DNA of 64,000 nt from an uncultured delta proteobacterium (GTDB lineage: Bacteria; Desulfobacterota; WTBG01; CAIYCZ01). The notes below the pieces were generated by a model that worked only from the letters and a program-made list of their open reading frames with translations, was not told where the DNA came from and did not search any database. The DNA lies in contig CAWDOY010000001.1 of NCBI GenBank assembly GCA_963803975.1, positions 128,001-192,000 of the forward strand, written 5' to 3'. Every line of letters begins with the position of its first letter. The first letter of the stretch is position 1. Position numbers and translations under genes: made by a program. Shown here in pieces: positions 1 through 11,151 of this stretch.

Positions 1-387
1 ATTGGTGTTGAAAGTGTCAAGCTCGTTGTAGAGATGCTTCTTTAAGGTATAGAGGAAGCCTGCGTCAGCGAAGCTTGCACAATGGCTTGCATCTCGCGGT
101 CTTCATCAGCGTAGCGCTCATAGATTATGAGCGAGCACAGAGGCTGGCGAGCGCATGGCGCAATTTCCTTTATCAGTTTTTTCCCCGACAATGATTACTC
201 TGCCGTATTTGCTCACGCCGTCAATAGCGGTTAATTTTTTAAACTCCTTGAAGTGCTTGTTGTCTTTTGATTCGATAATCATCTTCATGAAGCTTTACAT
301 TTTGTACTTGTATGTGCTTATATAATACACAGGTACTGTATAGGATAGCACACGGTTTCATTGCAATATAAATCTTGGAGAGAAGCG

Positions 388-2560
388 ATGCCGGAAGAGA
401 AAGACTAGTAATCACCACCTGCACCCATGACTGCGGCGGCAGATGCCTGCTTAAGGTGCATGTGAAGGACGGGGTAATTACCAGGATTGAAACTGATGAC
501 GGTGAAGAGCCGCAGCTCAGGGCCTGCGCCCGGGGCCGGGCCTACCGGCAGCGGATTTATTCTCCTGAGCGCCTCAAATATCCCATGAAGCGAACTGGTG
601 AGCGGGGTGAGGGGAAGTTTGAGCGTATCTCCTGGGATGAAGCCCTTGATACGGTGGCGGGCGAATTAAAACGCATTAAAAATACCTACGGCAACCCGGC
701 TATTTTTCATGTGAGCTATTCCGGCAACACCGGCACCATGCTGCACAGTCAACTCGCGGTGGTGCGCCTTCTTACCATGTTCGGCGGGTTCACCCCTACC
801 TGGGGGTCAGCCTCCTTCTGGGGCAATCTGTTTGCATCCCAGATGACCTACGGCACGCTCACCACCGGCAACTACCCGTGATGACCTACCCAACGCGCGC
901 CTCATCATTATGTGGGGCTGGAACCCGGCAGAATCAATCCAGATTACAACCACCAGCTATTACATGACCCTGGCCAAAGAGGCCGGGGTAAAAGTTGTTG
1001 CGGTTGACCCGCGCTTTACCGACTCTGCCGCAGCGTATGCATCGCAGTGGATACCGATCAGGCCGGGAACCGATACGGCCATGCTTATAGCCATGGCTTA
1101 TGTGATGATAAAGGAAAACCTGCAGGATCAGAAGTTTCTTGATACCTATACCATCGGGTTTGAGCAGTTCCGGGAATATGTCATGGGCATTGCTGACGGA
1201 ATACTAAAGACACCTGCCTGGGCGGAGGATATCACCGGAGTGTCGGCAGCTACCATCGAGCAGCTTGCCCGGGAATATGCCACGACAAAACCGGCAAAGC
1301 TTCTGACGCTTGGCGCTCCGGGACGCACCGCGTTCGGCGAACAGTTTCACCGCGCGGCAGCCACCCTTGCGGCAATGACCGGCAACATCGGCATCTATGG
1401 CGGTGAATCTGCCGGCTTCGGCCTTGCGCCGGTCGGCCTCCAGCCGCTTGCTTCGGCAGCGCTGCTGCACGGGGGCAAGCCCGGCAATCTGCCGGAAGGG
1501 ACCTCCCCTAAAAAAGGAGTGCACATCACCAAGGTGTGGGATGCCATCCTCAAAGGCACGCAAGGGGGTTATCCCGCTGATTTCAAGATGGTCTATACCA
1601 CCAACGGCAATCCCGTGAACCAGTTCATGAATTCAAATAAAGCCGTTCAAGCGCTGAAGAGCCTTGAGTTTGTGGTGGTGCATGAGCAGTTCATGACCGC
1701 GACCGCCCGCTATGCTGATATACTGCTGCCGGTCAATACCTTCTTTGAGCGAAATGATATTGTGCGGCCATGGCACGCTGCCCCGTATTATATTTATGCA
1801 AACAAGGTAATTGATTCGCTCCACGAGTCAAAATCAGATTTTGATATATGCACGGAACTGGCCCCGCGATTGGGTATCGAAGGATACAGTGACAAGACCG
1901 AGGACGAGTGGCTGCGGCTTGCCTGGCAGTCGGCTGAGCACTTCACCCTCACAAAACCGCTTGCGGGCTATGATGAGCTGAAGCAGAAGGGGGTGCATAA
2001 GATTCCCCTTAAACAGCCTGCTGTTGCTTTCAAGGAGCAGGTGGAGGATGTCAAGAACCATCCGTTCCCCACGCCTTCAGGGAAAATCGAGATCTACTCG
2101 CAGCGCCTGGCAGACATGAACAACCCGAAGCTTACCCCCATGCCCACCTATATTGAGCCCTGGGAAGGGACGCGTGACGCGCTTGCGCAGAAGTATCCGC
2201 TGCAGCTTATTTCAACACACTACAAGAGACGCATTCACTCCCAGATGGATAATATCCCGTGGATGAGAGAGCTTGAGCCGCAGACCGTCTGGATAAGCTC
2301 TGCTGACGCGCAACAGCGCAGCATTCAGCACGGCGATATGGTGAAAATATTTCAATGACCGGGGCACGGTGGTGCTTCCGGCAAAGGTGACGGAGCGGAT
2401 TATGCCCGGCGTGGTGAGCATTGATCAGGGCGCATGGTTTAAGCCGGATAAGGAGGGTGTTGACCGGGGCGGCTGCGTTAATGTGCTGCTGAAAGACGAG
2501 CATTCACCGGCAGGCGCGTTCTGCAGCAACACCGGTTTGGTGCAGATACAGAAAAGTTAA
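388..2560 (+). CDS. dmsA: Molybdopterin oxidoreductase catalytic subunit, DmsA/DMSO-reductase family; no Tat signal; frameshifted near 405, 880 and 2355
   Basis: Joined ORFs 375-881, 910-2358 and 2369-2560: CTHDCGGRC [4Fe-4S] motif, [65 protein letters not shown]-terminal DRGGCVN. GGAG precedes ATG 388. Confidence 0.85.
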
Positions 2561-2620
2561 AACCGCAGAAGAGCAGCCTGAAAGCTGACCGCTGACGGCT
2601 GATAGCAATTGGAGCTTGTT

Positions 2621-3176
2621 ATGCAGATGGCATTTTACTTTGATCAATCCCGCTGTATCGGCTGCTACGCGTGCAGCGTGGCGTGCAAGGACTGGAATAA
2701 TATAGAGGCCGGCCCGGCACAGTGGCGGCGGGTGACGGCACAAGAGTGGGGCGCATACCCCGAGGTTTTTTTAACCTATGTTTCGCTCTCATGCAGTCAC
2801 TGCGCGCAGCCTGCCTGCGCAGATGCATGCCCGGTGAATGCCATCACCAAGAACGGGGAAAACGGGGTTATGGCGGTCAACCGGGAAGAATGCCTGGGAT
2901 ATGATGCCTGCGGGGCCTGTAAGAAAGCCTGCCCGTACGCGGTGCCGCAGTTTGGCAGCGAAGAGAATGCGAGGATGCAGATGTGCACGTTTTGCAATGA
3001 TCGATTGAAGGAAAACAGGAAGCCTGCCTGTGTGGATGCGTGCCCGGTGCGGGCGCTTGACGCGGGACCAATAGAAGAGCTGCAGGCAAAATACGGGAAG
3101 CGTAATGCAGGTGCCCGGCTTCACATATTCCGGCACGACAAAGCCGTCAATTCTTTTTAAACCAAGATATAAATAA
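2621..3176 (+). CDS. dmsB: 4Fe-4S dicluster subunit, DmsB-like (frameshift near 3100)
   Basis: FYFDQSRCIGCYACSVACK, SCSHCAQPACADACP, CGACKKACPY, CTFC..KPACVDACP. The alternative frame ends TTKPSILFKPRYK* at 3176. Confidence 0.85.
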
Positions 3177-3208
3177 AACCCGAAACCCCAGTCCCGAACC
3201 CCTGATCC

Positions 3209-3625
3209 CTACTCAAGGGGCTCCACAAATTCAATGAGCATGCCGCCGGTGTCCTTCGGGTCAAAATAGGCAACTTTGCTTCTCTTCATGTTGAGGATGC
3301 CGTTTCTGGTGACGTGCCCCAGATGCACGCCCTTCTTTTCCATGGCTTTCACGTCTTCTTCAAGATTGTCCACCACGAACGCAATATGATTGATGCCTTC
3401 CCGCGGGTTCCCGAGAAACGTTCTGAAATTCTCTGTCAGCGGCTGGATAATCTCCAGCTCTATGTCGCCGATTGACAGGAAAGCGAATATGGTCTCGGTC
3501 TCCGTGCCTCTTTCCGGGACAAAACGGATGTCTTTGTCTTCAAGTCCCAGAAGATTCTTATAGACCGCAAGTGACGCGTCAATATCATTTACAATGATGC
3601 CCAGATGCCGTATTTTTTTTATCAT
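3209..3625 (-). CDS. VOC/glyoxalase superfamily protein, methylmalonyl-CoA epimerase-like
   Basis: HLGIIV, ELEIIQP, GINHIAFVVDNLE, GGMLIEFVE metal-binding pattern; GGAGG upstream. Confidence 0.75.
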   Translation of the reverse strand: MIKKIRHLGIIVNDIDASLAVYKNLLGLEDKDIRFVPERGTETETIFAFLSIGDIELEIIQPLTENFRTFLGNPREGINHIAFVVDNLEEDVKAMEKKGVHLGHVTRNGILNMKRSKVAYFDPKDTGGMLIEFVEPLE

Positions 3626-3744
3626 GGTATTATGCACCTCCTTATATATGATTAATGGAACGCTTTAAGCCAGTCAAGATAAAAAGGGCTTTGAGGCAAC
3701 CGGTCAGCAACTGTTGACTATTTGGAAACAGGTATGTTAAAGCA

Positions 3745-3904
3745 CTATCAGGCTGTTGAAAAACACCCATCTGCGGCGTTTCCCTCTTCCTTCGTTGTTG
3801 CGGCGTACCCTGAAGTACGCCTCACTTCTGGAGGATTTCGGGAGCCTTGCATCTGTGCATTTTTGACCAGCTCGGGAAAAACAACTGTTTCAAAAACATG
3901 ATAG
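3745..3904. mobile_element. MITE-like element, copy 1 (~160 bp)
   Basis: Starts CTATCAGGCTGTTGAAAAA and ends with imperfect inverted TTTCAAAAACATGATAG; internal GGCGTAC..GTACGCC hairpin; homologous copy at 40747-40902. Confidence 0.7.
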
Positions 3905-3909
3905 GTACT

Positions 3910-4761
3910 ATGAAAAAAAATGTGCCTGCCAAGTCCAGCCTTTCAAAGGGTGTGATGACACTGTCAGGATGGTTGGGAATTTTAATAACCATCTGGACCA
4001 TCTGGTTTACTCAGATCGCTTACGCTGCCCCTGTAGAAAAAACTGTTCCCCGCAATCCGGATATTTTTAAAGGAGAAGTGCTTACGTTTGATATAAGTTT
4101 CTGGCTGTTTAAAAATGCAGCCCATGCCCGGATGACTTTTAAGAAAGCCGGGGACACCTATATCGCAACAATGGAAGCGCAGACCAGCGGATTTATTGGT
4201 TTTATCAGCCGCAACTTGAAAGAGAGCATGACCAGCACCATGCGGTTTGATTCCCGGAGGGGATGTTTTCAGCCGTTGTCTTATCAGGAGGTGTTCACCC
4301 AGGGCGAGCGTACCAGGAAAAGAACCGTAACCTTCAGTCATGACAAAAGAGTTCTTGCGGTCACCTATGAAGGCACCGGCGTTAAAAAGAAGACCATCAC
4401 GAAAAAATTTTTCAAACCGGACTGCGATGACCTGCTGACCGCATTTTATAACGTGCGCCTGGGGTACTATGGAGACATGCAAAAGGGCAACAGGTACCCG
4501 GTCATCATTTATACTAAGGAACGACCTTCAACCATGCAGGTATCATTTCCTGACGACAGCAGAACACCTCCGAAAAACCCCTGCAATGGAACCCGCTACG
4601 TTGTTGTTTCCATGGATAAGGACCTTACCAATATCGCCAGCCGGCAGCTCAACGGATGGCTTTCACAAGACCTTGTTCCTTTGTGCGGCACTGTTGAAGA
4701 TGCCTATCTGCTTGGCGATTTAAAGGTAATGCTGAGAGAGCGAATAATTTCAAGCGAGTAA
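3910..4761 (+). CDS. DUF3108-family exported protein
   Basis: N-terminal hydrophobic segment ending AYA; GEVLTFDISFWLFKNAA..A.T.GFIGFI..DLLTAFY..R pattern. The ORF-track start at 3847 lies inside the MITE. Confidence 0.65.
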   Translation: MKKNVPAKSSLSKGVMTLSGWLGILITIWTIWFTQIAYAAPVEKTVPRNPDIFKGEVLTFDISFWLFKNAAHARMTFKKAGDTYIATMEAQTSGFIGFISRNLKESMTSTMRFDSRRGCFQPLSYQEVFTQGERTRKRTVTFSHDKRVLAVTYEGTGVKKKTITKKFFKPDCDDLLTAFYNVRLGYYGDMQKGNRYPVIIYTKERPSTMQVSFPDDSRTPPKNPCNGTRYVVVSMDKDLTNIASRQLNGWLSQDLVPLCGTVEDAYLLGDLKVMLRERIISSE

Positions 4762-4922
4762 ACACTGCTCACGACTTTGCGTTCACAAGCACACGGTATC
4801 CCCATTCTGCCTCCGGTCTCTTCCCTTTACCATCAGCACGGCGCTAAACAATACTCAACCGATTGCCCCCGCACCGCACCCCCATAAAACAAAAGTTATT
4901 TGCTTCCACCAGTAAATCAAGG

Positions 4923-5071
4923 TTGATGCTCTCGTAAAAAAGTAAAAAAACTGTCATTGCGAACGAAGTGAAGCAATCTCTGCCTGTGTAAGTGCTTGAA
5001 AAAGCGAGATTGCTGCGTCGCTCCGCTCATGGCAAAGACATACGTCGAGGCTTTTTTTACGAGACCATCAA
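4923..5071. mobile_element. MITE/REP-like palindromic element with a nested REP-type hairpin
   Basis: Terminal inverted repeats TTGATGCTCTCGTAAAAAAG / CTTTTTTTACGAGACCATCAA; inner GTCATTGCGAACGAAGTGAAGCAATCTC..GAGATTGCTGCGTCGCTCCGCTC; ATCAAGGTT repeated across both ends. Confidence 0.65.
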
Positions 5072-5212
5072 GGTTCCTTTACAAATTTGCACCAGGCCCT
5101 GAAGCATAAACGATGGGGGAGAACGGTGTCATGCAGCTTGCGCGTTCCTAATTAAAGCAATAACAGTCAGTTATCGCCGGGTTGGGGGCATCTAATTTAT
5201 TTTATTATCTTT

Positions 5213-5228
5213 TGGCAATAAAATTGCT
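5213..5228 (+). promoter_or_regulatory. Sigma-54 (-24/-12) promoter
   Basis: TGGCAATAAAATTGCT matches TGGC-N7-TTGC(A/T) with exact spacing, 55 bp before the kinase ATG. Confidence 0.6.
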
Positions 5229-5283
5229 TCTGTATACGCGCGACATGATATGCGGTGCATTAGACTAATGGAGGATTAAATAA

Positions 5284-7360
5284 ATGCAATACGAGCTGGC
5301 AAAAAACATTAAATACAACAAAATGTCGTCTATAGACATTATTAATAAAGACAATGGCAATGGAACAAAGATGTGCGGAACAATGCCTGAAGGAGTGGTT
5401 GAATCATTATACGAAAATGCTCCCATAGGAATTTTTGTCATTAATCAAAAAAAAGAAATAGTAAACTTTAACAAAGAAGCGGTAAAAATATTTGGCTATC
5501 AACCTGAAGAGATTATCGGGAAACATCTGGTCACACTTATTCCGGACCGCTATCGCAATTTCCACTTCAAAGTTTTTGGTGCTGTGATGGGCAGCCCGGA
5601 GAGCAGTTCCAAGACCTATGAGTTCATAGGGTCTGAAAAAAAACGGTGAAGAATTTTCTGCTGAATTCAGCTTTTGTCTCCCGCAGGACCAACATGAACC
5701 GGTTATGATAATCAGCGCCCGGGATATCAGTTCACGCAAAGGGCTTGAAATCGAGATGAAGGAACGGGCTGATGTCCTCCAGGAATATTTAAAGCTGCAT
5801 AATCAGTGGCTTGTTGAAACCGAACAAAAATACACTGTTCTGTTCGAGGCATCAAAAACCGGGCTTTTTTATGTGCAGGAAGACGGAACCGTCTTTGATC
5901 TCAACACGGTAGCAGAGGAAATGCTCTGCCTGGACAAGAGCGCGGTCATCAATAAGCCGCTTATTCAGATCATGCCGGAGCATGAGTGGGAAAAGAAAGA
6001 AGAGCTTATAAAAAAGATTTTTAAAGATGTGCTGCAGTTCAATGCAGATAAGGTAATGGAAGGTTTTATTGTCAACAGCCAGGGCCGGGAGATTCCCAGC
6101 GAATTTTGTTTCAGAAAAATAGAGAAAGGGGCAGAGCGGCAGATCGTGTGCATGGTGCGGGATATATCGATTATGAAACAGATCGAAGATCAGCTCATTC
6201 AATCCCAGAAATTTGAAGGGCTCGGGGTGCTCATAGGGGGCATGGTGCACAACTTCAAGAATATAATGACCAGCATTATGGGATATGTTTCTCTTATGAG
6301 AACCATGGTGACACAGGATGAGAAACTCTGCAGATATTTAAATATTGTTGAGACCTCCTGTACCCGGGCTTCTGATCTGTCCAAAGAAGTGTTAGCAATC
6401 GGCAAAAAGCAGGAAAGCGTCAAAAAAATTATTAATATCAACAGCGTGATAGAGAGAAGCACGGTACTGTTTGAAGACTGTACCGATAAACGGTTTGTCG
6501 TGGATAAGGAGCTTGACCCTGCCCTGGGCCGTGCCGAGTGTAATGAAAGCCAGGTGGAGCAGGTAGTGCTCAATCTTCTGCTCAATGCACGGGATGCGAT
6601 GCCCGATGGCGGAGAAATTTTTGTCCGGACGCAGAACATCTATCTGAACCATGAAGCGTGTAAACATTACCACAATGTCACCGGTGGAAATTTTATCGAA
6701 ATTTTAGTAAAAGATTGCGGCAGCGGCATGTCGCAGGAAATACAGAAAAGGATTTTTGAACCGTTTTTTACCACTAAGGAAGAAGGACGGGGTACCGGGC
6801 TGGGGCTCTCGACCGTAGAGCGGATTGTGAAAAATCATCGAGGTTTTGTAGAAGTATTCAGCAGGGAGGGGCAGGGAACAACGTTTAAAATATATGTACC
6901 CGTCTATGAGGCCGCTGCAACTGATGCCAGGGACAACCGGCTGCATCCGGTTATGAAAAAAGGCTCGGAAACCATTCTGGCCGTTGATGACGAAAACAAG
7001 ATTATCCGCTTGATCTCTGAATCCATGGGAGCACTGGGCTACAACATTATATCCGCATCAGACGGGCAGGAAGCGGTCAAGCTGTTTGCGCAAAACAAGT
7101 CAGACATTGATCTGGTGATACTTGATCTCATGATGCCGTCCATGAACGGCTACGAAGCATTTAAGGAAATTAAAGCCATAGACCCAGCAACCAAGATTAT
7201 CCTGTGCACCGGATATGTGGCTGATGAGAATGTCCAGGAGATGCTGAATAATGGCGTCAAAGGGCTCCTCAAGAAGCCGTACCGGATAGAAGACCTCTCC
7301 CGTGCAGTCCGGCTGGTGCTGGACGAGCACGCTGCCGCCACGCCCTATTACCAGCAATAG
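5284..7360 (+). CDS. PAS-PAS hybrid sensor histidine kinase with receiver domain (frameshift in A-run near 5640)
   Basis: Two PAS-like segments; QSQKFEGLGVLIGGMVHNFKNIM H-box; NLLLNARDAM, DCGSGM, FEPFFTTK, GTGLGL; receiver AVDDE..LDLMMP..KPY. Confidence 0.85.
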
Positions 7361-7413
7361 GGCGTCTTCAGGAAATTTCATCCTGTATCTGTCTTGCTTT
7401 AAGCATAAAGTTA

Positions 7414-7442
7414 TTGACATTAGCCCCGGTATCCGCTACTTT
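7414..7442 (+). promoter_or_regulatory. Sigma-70 promoter of greA
   Basis: TTGACA-17 bp-TACTTT. Confidence 0.55.
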
Positions 7443-7471
7443 TTAACCAACTATATGACATGGTGCATTCC

Positions 7472-7506
7472 AGAGGGTAACCAGCAGGTTATCCTCTCTG
7501 TTTTTT
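7472..7506 (+). terminator. Intrinsic terminator in the greA 5' leader
   Basis: AGAGGGTAACC-agca-GGTTATCCTCT stem followed by ctgTTTTTT. Confidence 0.6.
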
Positions 7507-7566
7507 ATATGTGCCGATCATTATCCGGCAGTGCAATTTTTTAACAGGGAGGCAGACAGAGCGTCT

Positions 7567-8040
7567 ATGGATAAAGTTCCTATGACCAGGCAGGGGTATG
7601 AGGCCCTGATGGAAAAACTCAGAAAGTGGAAGGCAATTGACCGGCAGCAGATTATCAAGGAGATTGAAGTTGCCCGCGACTTTGGTGACATATCAGAGAA
7701 CGCGGAGTATGAAGCTGCGAAAGAAAAACAGGGCCTTATCGAGAAGGGGATCAAAGAACTCGAACAGAAGCTTACCCATGCCATGGTGATTGATCCCGGA
7801 TCGCTCAGTTCCGACAAGGTTATATTTGGTGCCACGGTAAGCCTGAAAGACCTGGACCGGGGGGAGAAAATATACTATCAGATAGTAGGCGCTGATGAAT
7901 CAGATGTTGAGCAGGGAAAAATTTCCATCAACTCGCCCATTGCCCGGGCGCTCATCGGCAAAGAGGAAGGTGACGATGTGGCGGTGCAGACCCCCGGAGG
8001 GGTGCGTAACTATTCAATTCTTGAAATAAACTTTAAATGA
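7567..8040 (+). CDS. greA: Transcription elongation factor GreA
   Basis: VPMTRQGY, ARDFGDISENAEYEAAKE, ISINSPIARALIGK. Confidence 0.97.
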   Translation: MDKVPMTRQGYEALMEKLRKWKAIDRQQIIKEIEVARDFGDISENAEYEAAKEKQGLIEKGIKELEQKLTHAMVIDPGSLSSDKVIFGATVSLKDLDRGEKIYYQIVGADESDVEQGKISINSPIARALIGKEEGDDVAVQTPGGVRNYSILEINFK

Positions 8041-8050
8041 GCATGATCCC

Positions 8051-8434
8051 ATGAAATTCTGCCCGAACTGTGAAACAGAATATGTTGACAGCATAGAGTC
8101 CTGTGCTGACTGCAATGCCCGCCTTATTGGCGAAGAAGAAATGAAAACCATTATGGCAGCGCGGGCACGGGAGGCAGAAGAAATTTTTATCAAGGTTGAA
8201 ACCATCGACAATCAGTTTGAAGCTGATGTCATAAAAAATGCTTTAGAAAACGAACATATCCCGGTCATGGTGCGAAGCTTTCACGACACTGCCTACAACG
8301 GCATCTATATACCGCAAAAGGGATGGGGCCTTGTGCTGGTGCCTCAGGCGCATCAAGAAAAGGCCCGGGAAATCATTGCCGCCTTAAAAAGCAGCTTTAA
8401 AAATGATGATGATAGTAGTATAAGCTCAGAATAA
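8051..8434 (+). CDS. DUF2007-like putative signal-transducing protein with N-terminal zinc ribbon
   Basis: FCPNC..CADC; EADVIKNALENEHIP..GWGLVLVP..A.EII. Confidence 0.6.
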   Translation: MKFCPNCETEYVDSIESCADCNARLIGEEEMKTIMAARAREAEEIFIKVETIDNQFEADVIKNALENEHIPVMVRSFHDTAYNGIYIPQKGWGLVLVPQAHQEKAREIIAALKSSFKNDDDSSISSE

Positions 8435-8523
8435 GCAGCCCGGTGCTGATGTGAGGATTGCGCGCGTAGCACGCTCCGTGGCTGAAACCTGCACACAATT
8501 ATTTCGCTGACAGTTCACCCGCT

Positions 8524-9033
8524 ATGACTATGCCAGCAAAACCCAGAGTTGCTGCACTCGGGGTTGATCCAGGCCTTGCTGCAACCGGATATGCCGTAAT
8601 CCGCACCAATGCACGGGGTGGTGAGGCCTGCGCCTGGGGCAGCCTTACCACCTCTTCAAAGCTTTCTCTTCCGCAGCGTCTTCAGATCATCTATCATGGC
8701 ATCGAAGCATTGCTTAAAGACTGGCAGCCGGTGCTGCTCATTATGGAAGATATCTATGTAACAGGGCATTTCCCCAAGGCCGCCATCCAGTTAGGAGAAG
8801 TGAAGGGGGTCATTTGTCTTGCCGCGCAGGAGCACCAGGTGGCAGTTATGAGAATGAATCCGACCGAGGTTAAGTGCTCAATAACCGGCCATGGCCGGGC
8901 TGCCAAAGAACAGGTCAGAAAAGCGGTCAAGCGGGTTCTGCAGATGCAGGAGGACATTACCCCGGATCACGCCTCTGATGCTGCAGCACTTGCCATAACC
9001 GGCCTGTCGCGGAAGGGATATTACCGGTGGTAG
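8524..9033 (+). CDS. ruvC: Holliday junction resolvase RuvC
   Basis: LGVDPGLAATGY, PTEVKCSITGHGRAAKEQV, DHASDAAALAI. Confidence 0.95.
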   Translation: MTMPAKPRVAALGVDPGLAATGYAVIRTNARGGEACAWGSLTTSSKLSLPQRLQIIYHGIEALLKDWQPVLLIMEDIYVTGHFPKAAIQLGEVKGVICLAAQEHQVAVMRMNPTEVKCSITGHGRAAKEQVRKAVKRVLQMQEDITPDHASDAAALAITGLSRKGYYRW

Positions 9034-9042
9034 AGGTTTGTC

Positions 9043-9684
9043 ATGATTCGCTACCTTAAGGGGCAGTTGCTGAAAATAGATGAAGACCGCATTGTGGTGC
9101 TGACCGGCGGGGTCGGGTACGAGATACTGCTGCCGGATATTGTGCGCGGGACCTATCATGATAAAAAAGAGGGTGAAGACACGGTTGAGCTCTTCATCTC
9201 CTTCCAGCAGACCGCGCAGCAGCCAAAGCCGGTTCTCATCGGATTTAACAGCGAGATTGAACGGGAATTTTTTGAGCGGCTCATTCAGGTAAAGAGCATC
9301 GGCCCGGTGATGGCCGCCCGTTCCATGACGATGCCGGTTTCCTTAATTGCCCGGGCAATTGAGGAGCGGGATGTGGCAATGCTTAGAAAACTGAAAGGCG
9401 TTGGAGCCCGCAAGGCAGAGATGATAATATCGGAGCTTCATGGCAAGGTGGGCAAATATGCGCTGATGCGGGAGGGGGAGCGCCCTGCCGCAGACACGAT
9501 AGAGGATTTCCGCAAGCAGGTCGAGGAGGTTCTGGTGAAACAGCTCGGGCACAGCCGGGCTGAAGCTGCTGCTATGGTTATTGAAGCAGTAAAGCGCAAT
9601 CCCGCGGCTGCGACTCCTGAGGATCTGTTTGAAGAAGTTTACCGGGGGCAAAAAGAACACTCCCGGTCACACACACCTGTATAA
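9043..9684 (+). CDS. ruvA: Holliday junction branch migration protein RuvA
   Basis: MIRYLKG, GGVGYEI, FERLIQVKSIGP, LKGVGARKAE; lies between ruvC and ruvB. Confidence 0.92.
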   Translation: MIRYLKGQLLKIDEDRIVVLTGGVGYEILLPDIVRGTYHDKKEGEDTVELFISFQQTAQQPKPVLIGFNSEIEREFFERLIQVKSIGPVMAARSMTMPVSLIARAIEERDVAMLRKLKGVGARKAEMIISELHGKVGKYALMREGERPAADTIEDFRKQVEEVLVKQLGHSRAEAAAMVIEAVKRNPAAATPEDLFEEVYRGQKEHSRSHTPV

Positions 9685-9690
9685 CGGTTG

Positions 9691-10740
9691 ATGATGAAAG
9701 AAGAAGACAATACTTTTGATCTCCTGGCACCGGATAAGGACGAAGAGGATACCCGCGCACCCTTTGATCTTCGCCCCAAGCGCTTTAACGAGTATATCGG
9801 CCAGCAGCAGATAGTGGAGATGCTGAAAATCGCCGTTGAAGCTGCACAAAAGCGGGGAGAAGTGCTTGACCATGTGCTGTTCTATGGCCCGCCCGGCCTC
9901 GGGAAAACCACTCTTGCCCATATTATCGCCAATGAGATGGATGTCTCGGTAGTCCACACCTCGGGGCCGGCACTTGAAAAGGGCGGGGATCTGCTGAGCA
10001 TTCTCACGCACCTGGAACAGGGGAACGTGCTGTTTATTGATGAAATACACCGCCTTCCCAAAGTGGTTGAGGAATTTCTCTACCCCGCCATGGAAGACTT
10101 TGCCGTTGATATCATATTTGACAAGGGGATGAATGCCCGGAGCTACCGCTCAAAGCTTGAGCAGTTCACCCTGGTCGGGGCCACCACCCGGGCCGGGCTT
10201 CTTTCCGCGCCGCTGCGGGAACGCTTCGGCATTTTCGGTTCGCTCGACTTTTATTCTGAGCAGGACATTGAAAAAGTAATCGTGCGCTCAGCCGCTATTC
10301 TTAATGTTTCTATTGATGAAGAAGGAGCGCGGGAGATTGCGCGCCGCTCGCGGGGCACCCCGCGCATTGCCAACCGGCTGCTGCGCAGGATCAGGGATTA
10401 CGCCGAGGTGCGGGCTGACGGCATTATAACTGCAAAAGTTGCAGACCGGGCACTGGCACTGGAAGGCATTGATGCGCTGGGACTTACGCCTTTGGACATC
10501 CGGTTTCTGAATGTCATTATCCAGGTGTATAAAGGCGGGCCGGTCGGGCTTGAAGCTATCGCAGCAACCCTGCAGGAAGAGCCTGACACGCTGGTTGATA
10601 TGGTGGAGCCATTCCTGCTGAAGGCGGGCTTACTTGCGCGCACCTCTTCAGGGCGGAAAGCAACGGAGCTGGCATTTAAGCACCTCAACATAGCGCCGCT
10701 CAGTAAAGGCGCTCAGCAGATGGAACTGCCGAAGCTGTAA
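9691..10740 (+). CDS. ruvB: Holliday junction helicase RuvB
   Basis: [47 protein letters not shown]. Confidence 0.98.
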   Translation: MMKEEDNTFDLLAPDKDEEDTRAPFDLRPKRFNEYIGQQQIVEMLKIAVEAAQKRGEVLDHVLFYGPPGLGKTTLAHIIANEMDVSVVHTSGPALEKGGDLLSILTHLEQGNVLFIDEIHRLPKVVEEFLYPAMEDFAVDIIFDKGMNARSYRSKLEQFTLVGATTRAGLLSAPLRERFGIFGSLDFYSEQDIEKVIVRSAAILNVSIDEEGAREIARRSRGTPRIANRLLRRIRDYAEVRADGIITAKVADRALALEGIDALGLTPLDIRFLNVIIQVYKGGPVGLEAIAATLQEEPDTLVDMVEPFLLKAGLLARTSSGRKATELAFKHLNIAPLSKGAQQMELPKL

Positions 10741-11151
10741 CACGCCATTACCGCAGCTGGCCTTTCTTCACTCCTCTTTTTCTCTCCAATATATGTTTCC
10801 CCTGCGCAGCGTTGTCTGAGGAATGATTTTTGCGCAAACACCCCAGGCAGCTTTTAATATCTGATTGACTCTCATATATAAATAGCTTACAAAAGATTCA
10901 TACGCCGGCACCGTTCATTAACAAGGCGCAGCATTACAACTTTTCTTCTGTTTCCCTAACCCGGACAAGCCGGAACCAAAGTTAACCGCAAAGACTAAAA
11001 AAGAAACAAAGAAGATTGAATTCGGAACTCACAAAGGTAAAAATAAAAATTTCCTGATTTCTTGAGTTCCAGATTTTTAATTGAAACAGATACTATGCGG
11101 CAGTTAATTCATGGGCATTGAAAAAAACAGAATAAACAGGAGGGCGTAACA

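Noticed and set aside
1..230. Possible 5' end of a minus-strand gene at the window edge
   Set aside because: Short broken frames with no recognisable motif; cannot be supported.
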